DNA from: Spirochaetia bacterium
Lineage (GTDB): Bacteria; Spirochaetota; Spirochaetia; SZUA-6; Bin103
Direction: 5' to 3'
DNA length: 64,000 bases
Assembly (NCBI GenBank): GCA_965203905.1
Contig: CBDBDQ010000005.1
Span: 2,240,001 to 2,304,000, forward strand
This document shows, piece after piece, positions 39,381 to 48,559 of the stretch. How positions within the stretch are numbered: position 1 is the stretch's first letter; the number at the start of each line of letters is the position of its first letter. The notes below the pieces were generated by a model. That model was not told the origin of the DNA. It worked only from the letters and a program-made list of their open reading frames with translations, and searched no databases. A program made the position numbers and the translations under genes.

Positions 39381-40264
39381 ATGAAACTGGGAGTCGTCTT
39401 TCCGCAGATCGAGATCGGCGCCGATCCCGGTGCCGTGCGCGCGTATGGTCAGGCGGTGGAGCAGATCGGCTACCACCACATCCTGGCCTACGAGCACGTG
39501 GTAGGCGCCAACACCGCCAGCCGGCCCGGCTGGCGCGGGCCGTACGACATCGACTCGGTGTTCCACGAACCGTTCGTGCTGTTCGGCTACCTGACCGGGC
39601 TGACCGACCGCATCGAGTTCGCCACCGGCGTCGTGATCCTGCCGCAGCGCCAGACCGTGCTGTGGCCAAGCAGGCCGCAGCGCTCGACGTGCTGTGCGGC
39701 GGCCGGCTGCGGCTCGGCATCGGCATCGGCTGGAACGCCGTCGAGTACGAGGCACTCGGCACCGACTTCCACAACCGCGGGCGCCGTTGCGAGGAGCAGG
39801 TGGCGCTGCTGCGCGCGTTGTGGACCGAGCACGCGGTGACCTTCGACGGCACCTGGCACCGGGTCACCGACGCCGGCATCAAGCCGCTGCCGGTGCAGCG
39901 TCCCATTCCGCTCTGGTTCGGCGGCGGCGAGGAGCGCGTGCTGCGCCGCATCGCCCGCCTGGCGGACGGCTGGATGCCGCAGTTCGAGCCGGACGCCGCC
40001 GGCCGCGCACTGCTGGCCCGCATGCAGGGTTACGCGCGCGAGTGTGGCCGCGACCCCGCCGCGATCGGCCTCAACGGCCGCATGGTCGCAGATCCCGGTG
40101 CCGCCGCCGAACGCGGCTGGATCGACCGCGTGCAGGCGTGGCGGCAGATCGGCGGCACGCACCTGAGCATCGACACGATGCGGCTCGGGCTGCCGGATGT
40201 CGAGTCCCACATCAGCCTGCTGGAACGATTCCACGCCACCGCCGCCACGGTTGCCGAATCCTGA
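39381..40264 (+). CDS. LLM-class F420-dependent oxidoreductase (Rv2161c-like), split by a single-base deletion at ~39662
   Basis: MKLGVVFPQIEIG, EHVVG, FHEPFVLFGYL, ILPQRQT then AKQAAALDVLCGGRLRLGIGIGWN; restoring one G gives QTVLVAKQ. Confidence 0.85.
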
Positions 40265-40287
40265 GATCCTATGAAGGATCGTCTCAG

Positions 40288-40632
40288 TTATGAATCAGGC
40301 GGGCAGGCTTCCGCATCGTCCAGGTCCGAGAAGTTAGTGATCGTGACTGCACCCTGCGGAAACTCGGCGACGATGTTCAGCTTTCCACCCATCGCCTCAA
40401 TGTAGGCACGCAGGTTCGAGACATACATGTCCGCGCGCCGCTCCAGCTTGGCGATCGCTGGCTGGTTCACGTGCAACGTCTTGCCGACCGCCTTCTGGGT
40501 CATCGCTCGTGCCCTGCGCAACTCGTGAAGGGCCATTGCCGCACGTAGTTCCGCTTTCCTGCCATCGACGCGCGCGCGGCGCTCTGGCGTGAAGTCTTTC
40601 GTCAGGTCATTGAAAGCGTGTCGTCCACTCAT
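40288..40632 (-). CDS. higA: XRE-family HTH antitoxin (HigA-like)
   Basis: LHELRRARAMTQ, VNQPAIAKLERRADMYVSNLRAYIEAMGG. Confidence 0.88.
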   Translation of the reverse strand: MSGRHAFNDLTKDFTPERRARVDGRKAELRAAMALHELRRARAMTQKAVGKTLHVNQPAIAKLERRADMYVSNLRAYIEAMGGKLNIVAEFPQGAVTITNFSDLDDAEACPPDS

Positions 40633-40991
40633 TTGATCAACCCTTCTTGTCTCAATTCTTCCAGGTGCTCGTCGTAGAGTTTGTTCGCGAGAGGCACATA
40701 CTGCTTGTAAAACCGGTCGTTTCCTGTCTTGTCACCACCGATCAGCAAGACTGCTGATCGTCTTGGATCGAAGGCGTAGAAAACGCGGATGGGCCTACCA
40801 CCGCTTTGGATACGAAGCTCGCGGATATGGCTGTGGCGAGAACCCTCGACGCCAGAGGAATAGGGAAACGGCAATCCGGGCCCGTGCTCCATCAACAACT
40901 CGACCACCGCAGTTACGTCGTCCTGCTGACCCTCCGCGAGCCCGGCCCACCACGCGCCGAACTCGTTAGTGTATTCGACCTCCCAACTCAT
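40629..40991 (-). CDS. higB: RelE/HigB-like (Gp49/DUF891-type) toxin
   Basis: GPGLPFPYSSGVEGSRHSHIRELR, RVFYAFDPRRSAVLLIGGDK; toxin upstream of the HTH antitoxin. Confidence 0.88.
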   Translation of the reverse strand: MSWEVEYTNEFGAWWAGLAEGQQDDVTAVVELLMEHGPGLPFPYSSGVEGSRHSHIRELRIQSGGRPIRVFYAFDPRRSAVLLIGGDKTGNDRFYKQYVPLANKLYDEHLEELRQEGLIK

Positions 40992-40996
40992 CTGGT

Positions 40997-41025
40997 CGTG
41001 TATTCCATAAATGGAATGTTGTCAA
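40997..41025 (-). promoter_or_regulatory. higBA promoter with palindromic operator
   Basis: Minus strand TTGACA-17 bp-TACACG, ATG about 5 nt later (leaderless); ATTCCAT-AA-ATGGAAT palindrome at 41002-41017 in the spacer. Confidence 0.7.
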
Positions 41026-41040
41026 GTTCGCTCCTTGGGT

Positions 41041-41590
41041 GCGTGCGTCTCGGCTTCGGCGCGAACCAAAACCGAGAGCCGCAGACGCTCCGCATCGGGC
41101 TTCGCACGGCAACGTCCCAACGGCCGTCGCTGAGTCGCGCTCCGTCCTGCGCTACGCCCCGGCCGCCGCCGTCCGATTCGCCCGCTGCCTGTGCGCCGTG
41201 GCCTGCAGCGGCCGGTGCCGTCGCTTACTCCGCTACGCTCCGTCGCTTCCTCAAGCGGCCCCGCGATCGGCCTCCGGCGTACGCCCTACTGGTGTCTGTG
41301 TCGTGCATTGCCAGCCGCGAACGGTCGCCACAGGCGGGGCGCTACGGGGCGGCAACTCGAGCCAATCCACCGGCTGAACACCCGCGCGGTAGCTCACCCC
41401 GATCTCGACGTCAGGCCGACTCGGGACTCAGCCTCGAGATCGGTCCTCGGCGGCGACTCCGGGGGCGTTCCAAGGGACTCAAGGGTCGTACGGACGAGCG
41501 GGAGGGGCATCCACGCCGCAAAAGCATATACTTTTTTTCGAAGATTATACATGTAGGTCCCGAATCAGGGGTAACATGCATACTTTTTTA
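41041..41590. other. Structured non-coding region (REP/MITE-like or ncRNA) with an AT-rich promoter-like end
   Basis: Nested hairpins, e.g. CCGATCTCGA/TCGAGATCGG; minus-strand TATAAT at 41544-41549 flanked by two GCAT(AT)ACTTTTTT repeats; no credible CDS. Confidence 0.4.
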
Positions 41591-41660
41591 CACTGGGCGA
41601 AGCGAACTTGCATCGACGCACTGCCGGCCGGCGCCGTGGGCAGGCAGCGCGTTTACCCGG

Positions 41661-42605
41661 TCAGTCGAAGGCGGCGACGATCTCCTGTTCCATGCGCTGG
41701 ATCTCCTCGACACTGCCGGTCGTTATGTTGCCGAACATGATCTCGTCGACCCCTTCGTCGATCAACGCGCCGATCCGGTCCACCACCTGCTGGCGGCTGC
41801 CGACCATGGTACCCTCGCCGGTGCGCTTCATCAGGGTCGCGCCCGCCTTTTGCGCCGCGGCGTCGTCGCCGACCACGATCGGCATCAGAATCGTGCGCCG
41901 GATCTCGGCCGGGTCGCGTCCGGCGCGTTCGCAATGGCGCTCCAGCACCTCCACCTTGTGGCGGAATATCTCCAGCGACACGCCCTGCCCGGCCCAGCCG
42001 TCCAGGTTCATCACGTCGCCGTACTTGGCCAGGGTGCGCAGCGTGCGCCGCTCGCCGGTGCCGCCCACCAGAATCGGGATGTGCGGCTGCTGGTAGCAGC
42101 CCGGAGAGAGCTGCAACCGGTCGGCCCAGTAGTAGCGGCCGCGGAAGTCGATCGCGCCCTCCGTGGTGAACAGCGTGCGAATCAGCTTGCACGCCTCCTC
42201 GAAACGGTCCGAGCGTTCGCGCATGGTGGGGAACTTCCAGCCGAAGCCGTAGTGCTCGCGCTCGCACCAGGCGGCCCCCAGCGAGAGCGTAAACCGCCCC
42301 TTGGATGCCTGGTCGAGCGAGGTTGCCATCTTGGCGAGCAGCGCCGGGTTGCGGTAGGTGTTGCCCAGCACCAGGTGTCCGAGGCGCAACCGGCTGGTCA
42401 TGCCGGCGGCGACCGCGATCAGCGTATAGCCTTCGAACGCCGGCAGATGCTCGCTCTCCCGCTGGCCCTTGGGCCCGCCCCACGGCGGGAAGAAGTGGTC
42501 GGCGAACCAGAGGCTGTGCCACGCCCCCGCTTCCATGGTCGTGATCGACCGTGCGATCGCGTCCCAGGTGACGCCGTAACAGTTGACCTGAATTCCAAAC
42601 TTCAC
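41661..42605 (-). CDS. LLM-class oxidoreductase, probably F420-dependent (Rv1855c-like)
   Basis: WFADHF, LGHLVLGNTYRNPALLAKMATSLD, LGAAW.EREH, PILVGGTGERRTL. Confidence 0.88.
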   Translation of the reverse strand: MKFGIQVNCYGVTWDAIARSITTMEAGAWHSLWFADHFFPPWGGPKGQRESEHLPAFEGYTLIAVAAGMTSRLRLGHLVLGNTYRNPALLAKMATSLDQASKGRFTLSLGAAWCEREHYGFGWKFPTMRERSDRFEEACKLIRTLFTTEGAIDFRGRYYWADRLQLSPGCYQQPHIPILVGGTGERRTLRTLAKYGDVMNLDGWAGQGVSLEIFRHKVEVLERHCERAGRDPAEIRRTILMPIVVGDDAAAQKAGATLMKRTGEGTMVGSRQQVVDRIGALIDEGVDEIMFGNITTGSVEEIQRMEQEIVAAFD

Positions 42606-42747
42606 GTGGTTCTCCTCGTCTGCTTGTGCCCCGAAACCGCCGCCTGTCGGCGTCGCTCTTGGGCAGCTCGTCGCACTGTTTCACGCACCGGGACGGACGG
42701 TCAAGCTTGCGCGTCGCTCGTTTCATCAGCCGCTATACTGCCTCGTC

Positions 42748-43503
42748 GTGCGAGTGCTCAGTGGCAACATCGCCCATCCGGGGTTCGACAGCGATCCGCG
42801 CCTGGCGTGGCCGCCACGGCGGGAGGCGGTGCGGGCGGTGCTGGAACGCTGCGATCCCGACCTGCTGTGCCTGCAGGAGGTGAGCCGCGAACAGTGCGAC
42901 GACCTGTGCCGCTGGCTCCCCGGCTTCGGCCACCACGGCCAGGTGCCGCGCATCGACCTGCGCGACCCGCTCAACTCCATCTTCTTCCGGCACGCCCGGT
43001 TCGCCCTGATCGCCGCCGGCGGCTACTGGCTCTCCGAGCAACCGCAGGTGATCGGCTCGCGCTCGTGGGACAGCATCTATCCGCGCACCGCCGCCTGGGT
43101 GCGCCTGGCCGAGCGCTCCAGCGGACGCGAACTGCGGGTCACGGTGACCCACCTGGACAACGTCGGCGCGCTGGCCCGTGAGCGCCAGGCCCGCTTGCTG
43201 GTCGACGAGATGCTGGCGTTGCCCGGCGACTATCCCCAGGTGCTGGCCGGCGACCTCAACTGCGACGCCGCCAGCCCGGCGGTGGCGTGCATCCGGGCGC
43301 ACTTCGCCGACACCTGGGAGGCGGTGCACGGGGCCGTCGATCCCGGGCCGACCCGCCGCGGTTTCGACGGCGATGAACGGATCGACTGGATCTTCAGCCG
43401 CGGCCTGCGGGTGACCGCGGCGCGGATGGTGCGCGACACTCCCGGCGGCGTGGCGCCGAGCGACCACTGCTTCCTCACCGCCGACCTGCAACTGGAGGAA
43501 TGA
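42748..43503 (+). CDS. Endonuclease/exonuclease/phosphatase family protein
   Basis: SGNI, LCLQEV, THLD, AGDLN, IDWIF, SDH. Confidence 0.9.
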   Translation: MRVLSGNIAHPGFDSDPRLAWPPRREAVRAVLERCDPDLLCLQEVSREQCDDLCRWLPGFGHHGQVPRIDLRDPLNSIFFRHARFALIAAGGYWLSEQPQVIGSRSWDSIYPRTAAWVRLAERSSGRELRVTVTHLDNVGALARERQARLLVDEMLALPGDYPQVLAGDLNCDAASPAVACIRAHFADTWEAVHGAVDPGPTRRGFDGDERIDWIFSRGLRVTAARMVRDTPGGVAPSDHCFLTADLQLEE

Positions 43504-44522
43504 CGATGCCGCAGACGCGCCCGCCGCGGAAGTTGATTCAGGTCGGGCTGGGAGGATTCGGCCGGCGCTGGCTGGAGGTGGTGCTGGCCGATCCGCGCTG
43601 GGAGTACGCCGCGCTGGCGACGCGGACGCCGGCGGTGCGGGAGGCGGCGGCGCGGCGGGCGGGGCTGCCTTCGGAACGAACCGCCGGTTCCCTGGCGGCT
43701 GCCCTGGAGAGCGCGCCCGAGGCGGACGCGGTGCTGGTGACCACGCCCTACTTCCGCCACGCGGACGACGTGGTGACCGCCCTCGGCCACGGCAAGCACG
43801 TGCTGGTGGAGAAGCCGCTTACCGACAACCATGGCGACGCCGAGCGGATCCGGGCCGCCGGCCGCGCCGCCGGCACCACGGTGATGGTGGGCGAGGACTA
43901 CCGCTTCCGCGCCGGCCCTCGTGCCGTACACGCCATCCTGGAGGCGGGCGAGATCGGCGTGCCGGAGATGATCGACCTGCAGTACTTCGTGTCGCATCGC
44001 TTCCCCGCGGGCGACTGGCGCAACGACCTGCGCTACCCGGTACTGATCGAGAACAACACCCATCAGCTCGATCTGCTGCGTTATCTCACCGGGCGCGAGG
44101 CGTTGGCGGTCACCGCGAGCGCCTTTGCCAGTGCCGGCGACACGCCGTGGCCCTTCCCGTCGACGGCGGCACTGATCGAAATGGACGGCGGCCTGCACGT
44201 GACCTTCTCTGCGAGCTGGGCCTATCCCGCGCTGCGCACGCAGTGGGAAGGAACCTGGTTCATGCGCGGCCCGCACGGCGGTCTGCACTGGGACGAGAGC
44301 GGCATCACCGTGCTGCGCGGCGAGCGCCGGCGCGCTATCCCCGCCCCCGACCCGGCGCCGCGCCTCGACCGGGTGCTGGAGGAGTTCACCGCCGCGCTGG
44401 ACGAGGCGCGCGCCCCGAGCGTATCGCTGGAGGACAACCTGCGTACCCTCGCCATCGTCCTGGCCATGATCCGCTCCAGCGAAGAACGCCGCCGCGTGCC
44501 GCTGCCACGGTCAGCACATTGA
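43500..44522 (+). CDS. Gfo/Idh/MocA family oxidoreductase
   Basis: VGLGGFG, HVLVEKP, THQLDLLRY. Confidence 0.9.
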   Translation: MTMPQTRPPRKLIQVGLGGFGRRWLEVVLADPRWEYAALATRTPAVREAAARRAGLPSERTAGSLAAALESAPEADAVLVTTPYFRHADDVVTALGHGKHVLVEKPLTDNHGDAERIRAAGRAAGTTVMVGEDYRFRAGPRAVHAILEAGEIGVPEMIDLQYFVSHRFPAGDWRNDLRYPVLIENNTHQLDLLRYLTGREALAVTASAFASAGDTPWPFPSTAALIEMDGGLHVTFSASWAYPALRTQWEGTWFMRGPHGGLHWDESGITVLRGERRRAIPAPDPAPRLDRVLEEFTAALDEARAPSVSLEDNLRTLAIVLAMIRSSEERRRVPLPRSAH

Positions 44523-44540
44523 CTCCGCGACTCGGGGCGC

Positions 44541-45146
44541 TATCAGGGAGCGCAACGGTGGGAGCACGAGCGGGAGTTTGCGGACCTGGTAACGGACGCG
44601 TCGCGGGAGTGGCGCTGGGTGCCGAGGTTCGAGAACCTGCTGATCGACCAGACGGAGTTGGGCGCGGAATCGGTGACGGGCGCGGTAGCGGCGCGGGTGC
44701 TGCAGATCGCGATGATGGCGACGTTTCGGAAAGCGCCGGAGGAGTTGCTGGAATCGGTGACGCGGTTGATCGGGGAGTTGTACCGCGCCAGGGGGTTCGA
44801 GGAAGTGGCGAAGCACGTGGAGTACGTGCTGGCGACGCAGCCGGAAGCACAGCGCAAGGTGTTTTCGGAGGCACTGCGGAGGAACGTGCCGGGTCGCGGA
44901 GGAGAGGTGATGAATTACGTGGAAGAAATGATCGAGCGAGGCCGCCGGGAGGGTCGTCAACAAGGCCGCCGGGAGGGCCGCCGGGAGGGCGAATTGAAGG
45001 GGCAGGTGCGCGCCATCGAGGGGTTCGTGGCACGAGATATACCGTGGCCCACCATCGAAGCGGCCACGGGAATCGACGAGGCCACATTCCGGCGCCTCAG
45101 GCAGCGTGTCGAGGCCGAGGACAACGGGACAGAGTCCACCGTCTGA
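44541..45146 (+). pseudogene. 5'-truncated Rpn/YhgA-like (transposase_31) nuclease; C-terminal half only
   Basis: In-frame YQGAQRW...WVPRFENLLIDQ resembles the Rpn mid-region (YHG..W..P.F...LID); tail MNYVEEMIERGRREGRQQGRREGRREG..IEAATGI; PD-(D/E)XK N-terminus absent. Confidence 0.75.
44910..45146 (+). CDS. Candidate RpnS-like small protein (78 aa) from an internal start
   Basis: GGAGGAGAGG (44898-44907) directly before the in-frame ATG at 44910. Confidence 0.45.
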   Translation: MNYVEEMIERGRREGRQQGRREGRREGELKGQVRAIEGFVARDIPWPTIEAATGIDEATFRRLRQRVEAEDNGTESTV

Positions 45147-45278
45147 AGCCGCTGCAGCCGCCTCGACCGCAGCCTGCGCCGCAACCACACTGAGGGAATG
45201 CACCCGAACCTGACCTGCCCGTTGACATGATCCCCGTTCTGTGCTCTGGTGATGCAGAGAGCACGGTGAACTTCGTGT

Positions 45279-45310
45279 GTCCACTCGTCCACTCGTCCAC
45301 TCGTCCACTC
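45279..45310. repeat. Tandem octamer (GTCCACTC)x4
   Basis: Four perfect copies; a further partial TCCACTCGTCCA near 45465. Confidence 0.9.
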
Positions 45311-45713
45311 GACGATAGCTCTTGCATAGAACCAGGAACACTGACCGACCCGACGCTCCGCGTGGCTGCGGGCGCAGCTACAACGACCGCAGGGGCACAC
45401 GCCGTTGCGCGCCTCACCCCGTCCTTCGCCGGGATCGGCAGACCTACGGTCCGACCGGCGTCAATCCACTCGTCCAATCCAATCGCCGGTGTCCGCCGCC
45501 GGTCTTTCCCGTCAATCACACATTCGCGGCGTTGCCGACCACCGCCCCCCGCGGCGTTCCGGGATTGCGCGCGCGTACGCGTTCAGGAGGTGCCGTTTGT
45601 AGGATGCGAAGCGGTCGTCCTCGCTTTTTGGTCGCCGGCAAGAGAGCAGGCATACCTCGAGAGTAGGCGAGGGGCCGGCACTGGACTCGATACTCTCGAA
45701 TATCAGGAGTGAA

Positions 45714-47498
45714 ATGATGCATTACGTAATGCGAACGTGCCTGGCCGTACTGTTCGGTCTCGCACTGACCGCAACCGGCCTCTGGGCGGCTGGCGCAGAA
45801 GAGGCGCCGGCAGCGGCGGCCGCGAAAAAGTATGTGACCGACCCCACCACCGGCAAGGTGGTGTCGGCACCGGAGTATGGCGGGACATTCACCTGGGGCG
45901 ATGCCCTCGGGGCTCCGCACTGTGATCCCCACATTCATGGCTGGGGGCCACGGGCCATCGACGGCGTTGCAGAGAGGCTAGGCATCAGGGACTGGGCAGC
46001 AGATAGGAACGAAATCAGCTTTACAGACTCCTATACTCCTCTCCGTTTCATGAGAGGGGCGCTGGCGGAAAGCTGGGAGATGGCCGACCCACTGACGTAT
46101 GTCTACCACATCCGCGAGGGCGTTCGCTGGCACGACAAGGCGCCGATGAATGGTCGGGAGTTCACTGCCCAGGATGTCGTATACAACCTTCACCGTTATA
46201 CGGGTTCGGGGAGCGGCTTCACCGAACCCGGGGCTGCTGGCGCACTCGCTGCGATACCGTTCGAATCGATAACGGCCAGCGACGATTCGACGGTAGTCTT
46301 CAAGCTGACGGAGCCAAAGGTAGACTTGCGGGAAGTTCTCGCCATCAACTGGCATGCCGCTATGTTACCCCCAGAGGTAATCGAGCAGCACGGCGACCTC
46401 ACGGACTGCGATAACATGGTTGGTACCGGGCCCTATATGCTGACTGAATGGGTCGAGAACAGCTCCATGACCTATTCCAAGATTCCTGACTACTGGGGCT
46501 TTGACGAAAAATACCCGGAGAACCGCTTGCCCTACATCGACCAGATAAACCGGCTAATCATGCCGGAAAAGGAAACACAGCTGGCGGCGCTACGCTCGGG
46601 TAGGCTCGATTACATCGGTCAGTCCGGCGGGGGTCAGTTGCAGCCGGCCCAGGTAGAGACCCTGCAGCGTACCAACCCCGAAATCGTGGTATATCCGTGG
46701 GCCTTTCGGTCGGAGACCTCTGTTGCATTCAACCTGCGCCACCCGTCGCCCTTTCAAGACATCAGGGTTCGCAAGGCGATGCAGATGGCCATTGACCTCG
46801 AGACCATCAACAATACGTACTTTCGTGGCTTTGCTATGACGAAACCACAAGGGATCATAGGAGACGGTCTGAAGGGGTTCTACATCCCATTCGAAGAGTG
46901 GCCCGAAGAGACCAAGAAAGTCTTTGCCTATGACCCGGAAGGGGCCGAAGCGTTGCTCGACGAGGCTGGGTATCCGCGCGGTGCGGATGGCATTCGATTC
47001 AAGACCGTCGTCAACCCCGTGCCCTCATGGGATGTGGGCTATCAAGAAATAGCCGCTGAATACTGGGCTGCGATTGGCGTTGATGTAGAGGTCAGGATAA
47101 CAACCGAGATCCCTCGACTGATGGCGCTGGTAACCGAAGGTACTTATGAAGGAATGGCCTATATGGATATCGGCAACGACGGCTCGGTTCAATGGCTAAT
47201 GAGCGTGCTTGAAATCGGAGCGCAATGGGGCCGTACCGGACACCAGGACCCGGTGATGGACGCCATGGCGAAAGCCGCCATGGCCGCTATCACGCTCGAG
47301 GAGCAGCAACGGCTGGTGGCGGAGGCAGATATGTACTCGATCCAGCAGCATTGGTTCATATGGGGTCCTAAAGTTCCCCAGTTTGAGGCGGTGCAGCCGT
47401 GGGTGATAGGTTTTAACGGTGAAATCTGGTATACCACACATGCGCCTTTCGAGCGCTTGTGGATCGATAGTGCGCTGAAGAGCGAAATGGGATTCTGA
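45714..47498 (+). CDS. ABC transporter substrate-binding protein, family 5; paralog of 1219-3003
   Basis: AGGAG RBS; TDPTTGKVVSAPEYGGT, GALAESW, GTGPY, DIRVRKAMQMAI, QPWVIGFNGE, EMGF end. Confidence 0.95.
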   Translation: MMHYVMRTCLAVLFGLALTATGLWAAGAEEAPAAAAAKKYVTDPTTGKVVSAPEYGGTFTWGDALGAPHCDPHIHGWGPRAIDGVAERLGIRDWAADRNEISFTDSYTPLRFMRGALAESWEMADPLTYVYHIREGVRWHDKAPMNGREFTAQDVVYNLHRYTGSGSGFTEPGAAGALAAIPFESITASDDSTVVFKLTEPKVDLREVLAINWHAAMLPPEVIEQHGDLTDCDNMVGTGPYMLTEWVENSSMTYSKIPDYWGFDEKYPENRLPYIDQINRLIMPEKETQLAALRSGRLDYIGQSGGGQLQPAQVETLQRTNPEIVVYPWAFRSETSVAFNLRHPSPFQDIRVRKAMQMAIDLETINNTYFRGFAMTKPQGIIGDGLKGFYIPFEEWPEETKKVFAYDPEGAEALLDEAGYPRGADGIRFKTVVNPVPSWDVGYQEIAAEYWAAIGVDVEVRITTEIPRLMALVTEGTYEGMAYMDIGNDGSVQWLMSVLEIGAQWGRTGHQDPVMDAMAKAAMAAITLEEQQRLVAEADMYSIQQHWFIWGPKVPQFEAVQPWVIGFNGEIWYTTHAPFERLWIDSALKSEMGF

Positions 47499-47605
47499 AT
47501 CAGTCGCCCCTTGGGCGATTGAAATGGCGGCAGCGCTGCGCGCGGCTGCTCTGAGCTAGGGCGCCGGGAGCCTCGCGCTTCCCGGCGCCCATTTACCACC
47601 AAGAT

Positions 47606-48559
47606 ATGAGAGCCTATATCATTAGGCGCGTATTGCTGGTCATCCCCACCCTGTTCATATTGACCATCGTCGTCTTTCTCTCGGTCCGCTTCCTCCCGGG
47701 CGATGTCATAGACGCCATGGCGGGCGACTTGCAGCACTACATCGGCTTCGACCGTGCTGCTCTCGAGCGTAGGCTGGGATTGGATGTGCCGATGCCCGTG
47801 CAGTATGGCCGCTGGATAGGAGGTGTGTTCCTGCACGGCACCCTCGGCGAGTCGCTGTGGAGCGATAGCCCGGTAGAGAAGTTGCTGAGAGGCGGACTGC
47901 CGGTAACGCTGGAGCTTGGCTTTCTGGCGATCGTCATCGGGCTCGCGATCGCGCTGCCGGTCGGCATCTTCTCGGCTATTCGGCAGGGTACCTTCACCGA
48001 CTACGCCGGGCGCTCGGTCGCCATCATCGGCTTGGCGACGCCCAACTTCTGGATTGCGGTCATGGTGTTGCTCTATCCGGCAATCTGGTGGGGCTGGACG
48101 CCTCCGATGCAGTGGGTTCCGTTTACCGAAGACCCGCTGGGAAATCTCGGCGTGCTGATCATTCCCAGTCTGATTCTGGGGACCTACCTGTCGGCCAGCA
48201 CCATGCGGATGATCCGCACCACCATGCTGGAGGTGTTGCGGCAGGATTATGTTCGCACCGCCTGGTCGAAAGGGTTGCGGGAGCGGATCGTCGTGCTGCG
48301 CCATGCGGTCAAGAATGCGCTCATCCCGGTGGTTTCGCTGATCGGCTTGCAGTTGCCGATCCTGGTCGGCGGGTCGGTGATCATCGAGAACATATTCAAC
48401 CTGCCGGGCGTAGGCCGGCTTATGGTAGATGCGCTGGGACGCAGAGACTACCCGGTGGTCTCGGGCGTGAATCTGATGTTCGCCACCGGGGTCATGGCGA
48501 TCAATCTGGCTACCGACCTGATGTATCCCTATCTGGACCCCCGACTCCGTTATGAATGA
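47606..48559 (+). CDS. ABC transporter permease (DppB-like); paralog of 3104-4066
   Basis: MRAYIIRR, QDYVRTAWSKGL. Confidence 0.95.
   Translation: MRAYIIRRVLLVIPTLFILTIVVFLSVRFLPGDVIDAMAGDLQHYIGFDRAALERRLGLDVPMPVQYGRWIGGVFLHGTLGESLWSDSPVEKLLRGGLPVTLELGFLAIVIGLAIALPVGIFSAIRQGTFTDYAGRSVAIIGLATPNFWIAVMVLLYPAIWWGWTPPMQWVPFTEDPLGNLGVLIIPSLILGTYLSASTMRMIRTTMLEVLRQDYVRTAWSKGLRERIVVLRHAVKNALIPVVSLIGLQLPILVGGSVIIENIFNLPGVGRLMVDALGRRDYPVVSGVNLMFATGVMAINLATDLMYPYLDPRLRYE

Noticed and set aside
41041-41520. tmRNA, RNase P RNA, SRP RNA or tRNA
   Set aside because: I could not find their hallmark conserved sequences on either strand.
44541-45146. Active IS element or transposase
   Set aside because: Rpn/YhgA proteins are not demonstrated transposases, the catalytic half is missing, and no terminal repeats or target duplication are visible.
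45279-45310. Possible CRISPR array
   Set aside because: Contiguous 8-bp units with no spacers, and no cas genes in the window.
1219-47498. Diversity-generating retroelement behind SBP variability
   Set aside because: No reverse transcriptase and no template/variable repeat pair with adenine-specific differences seen in the window.
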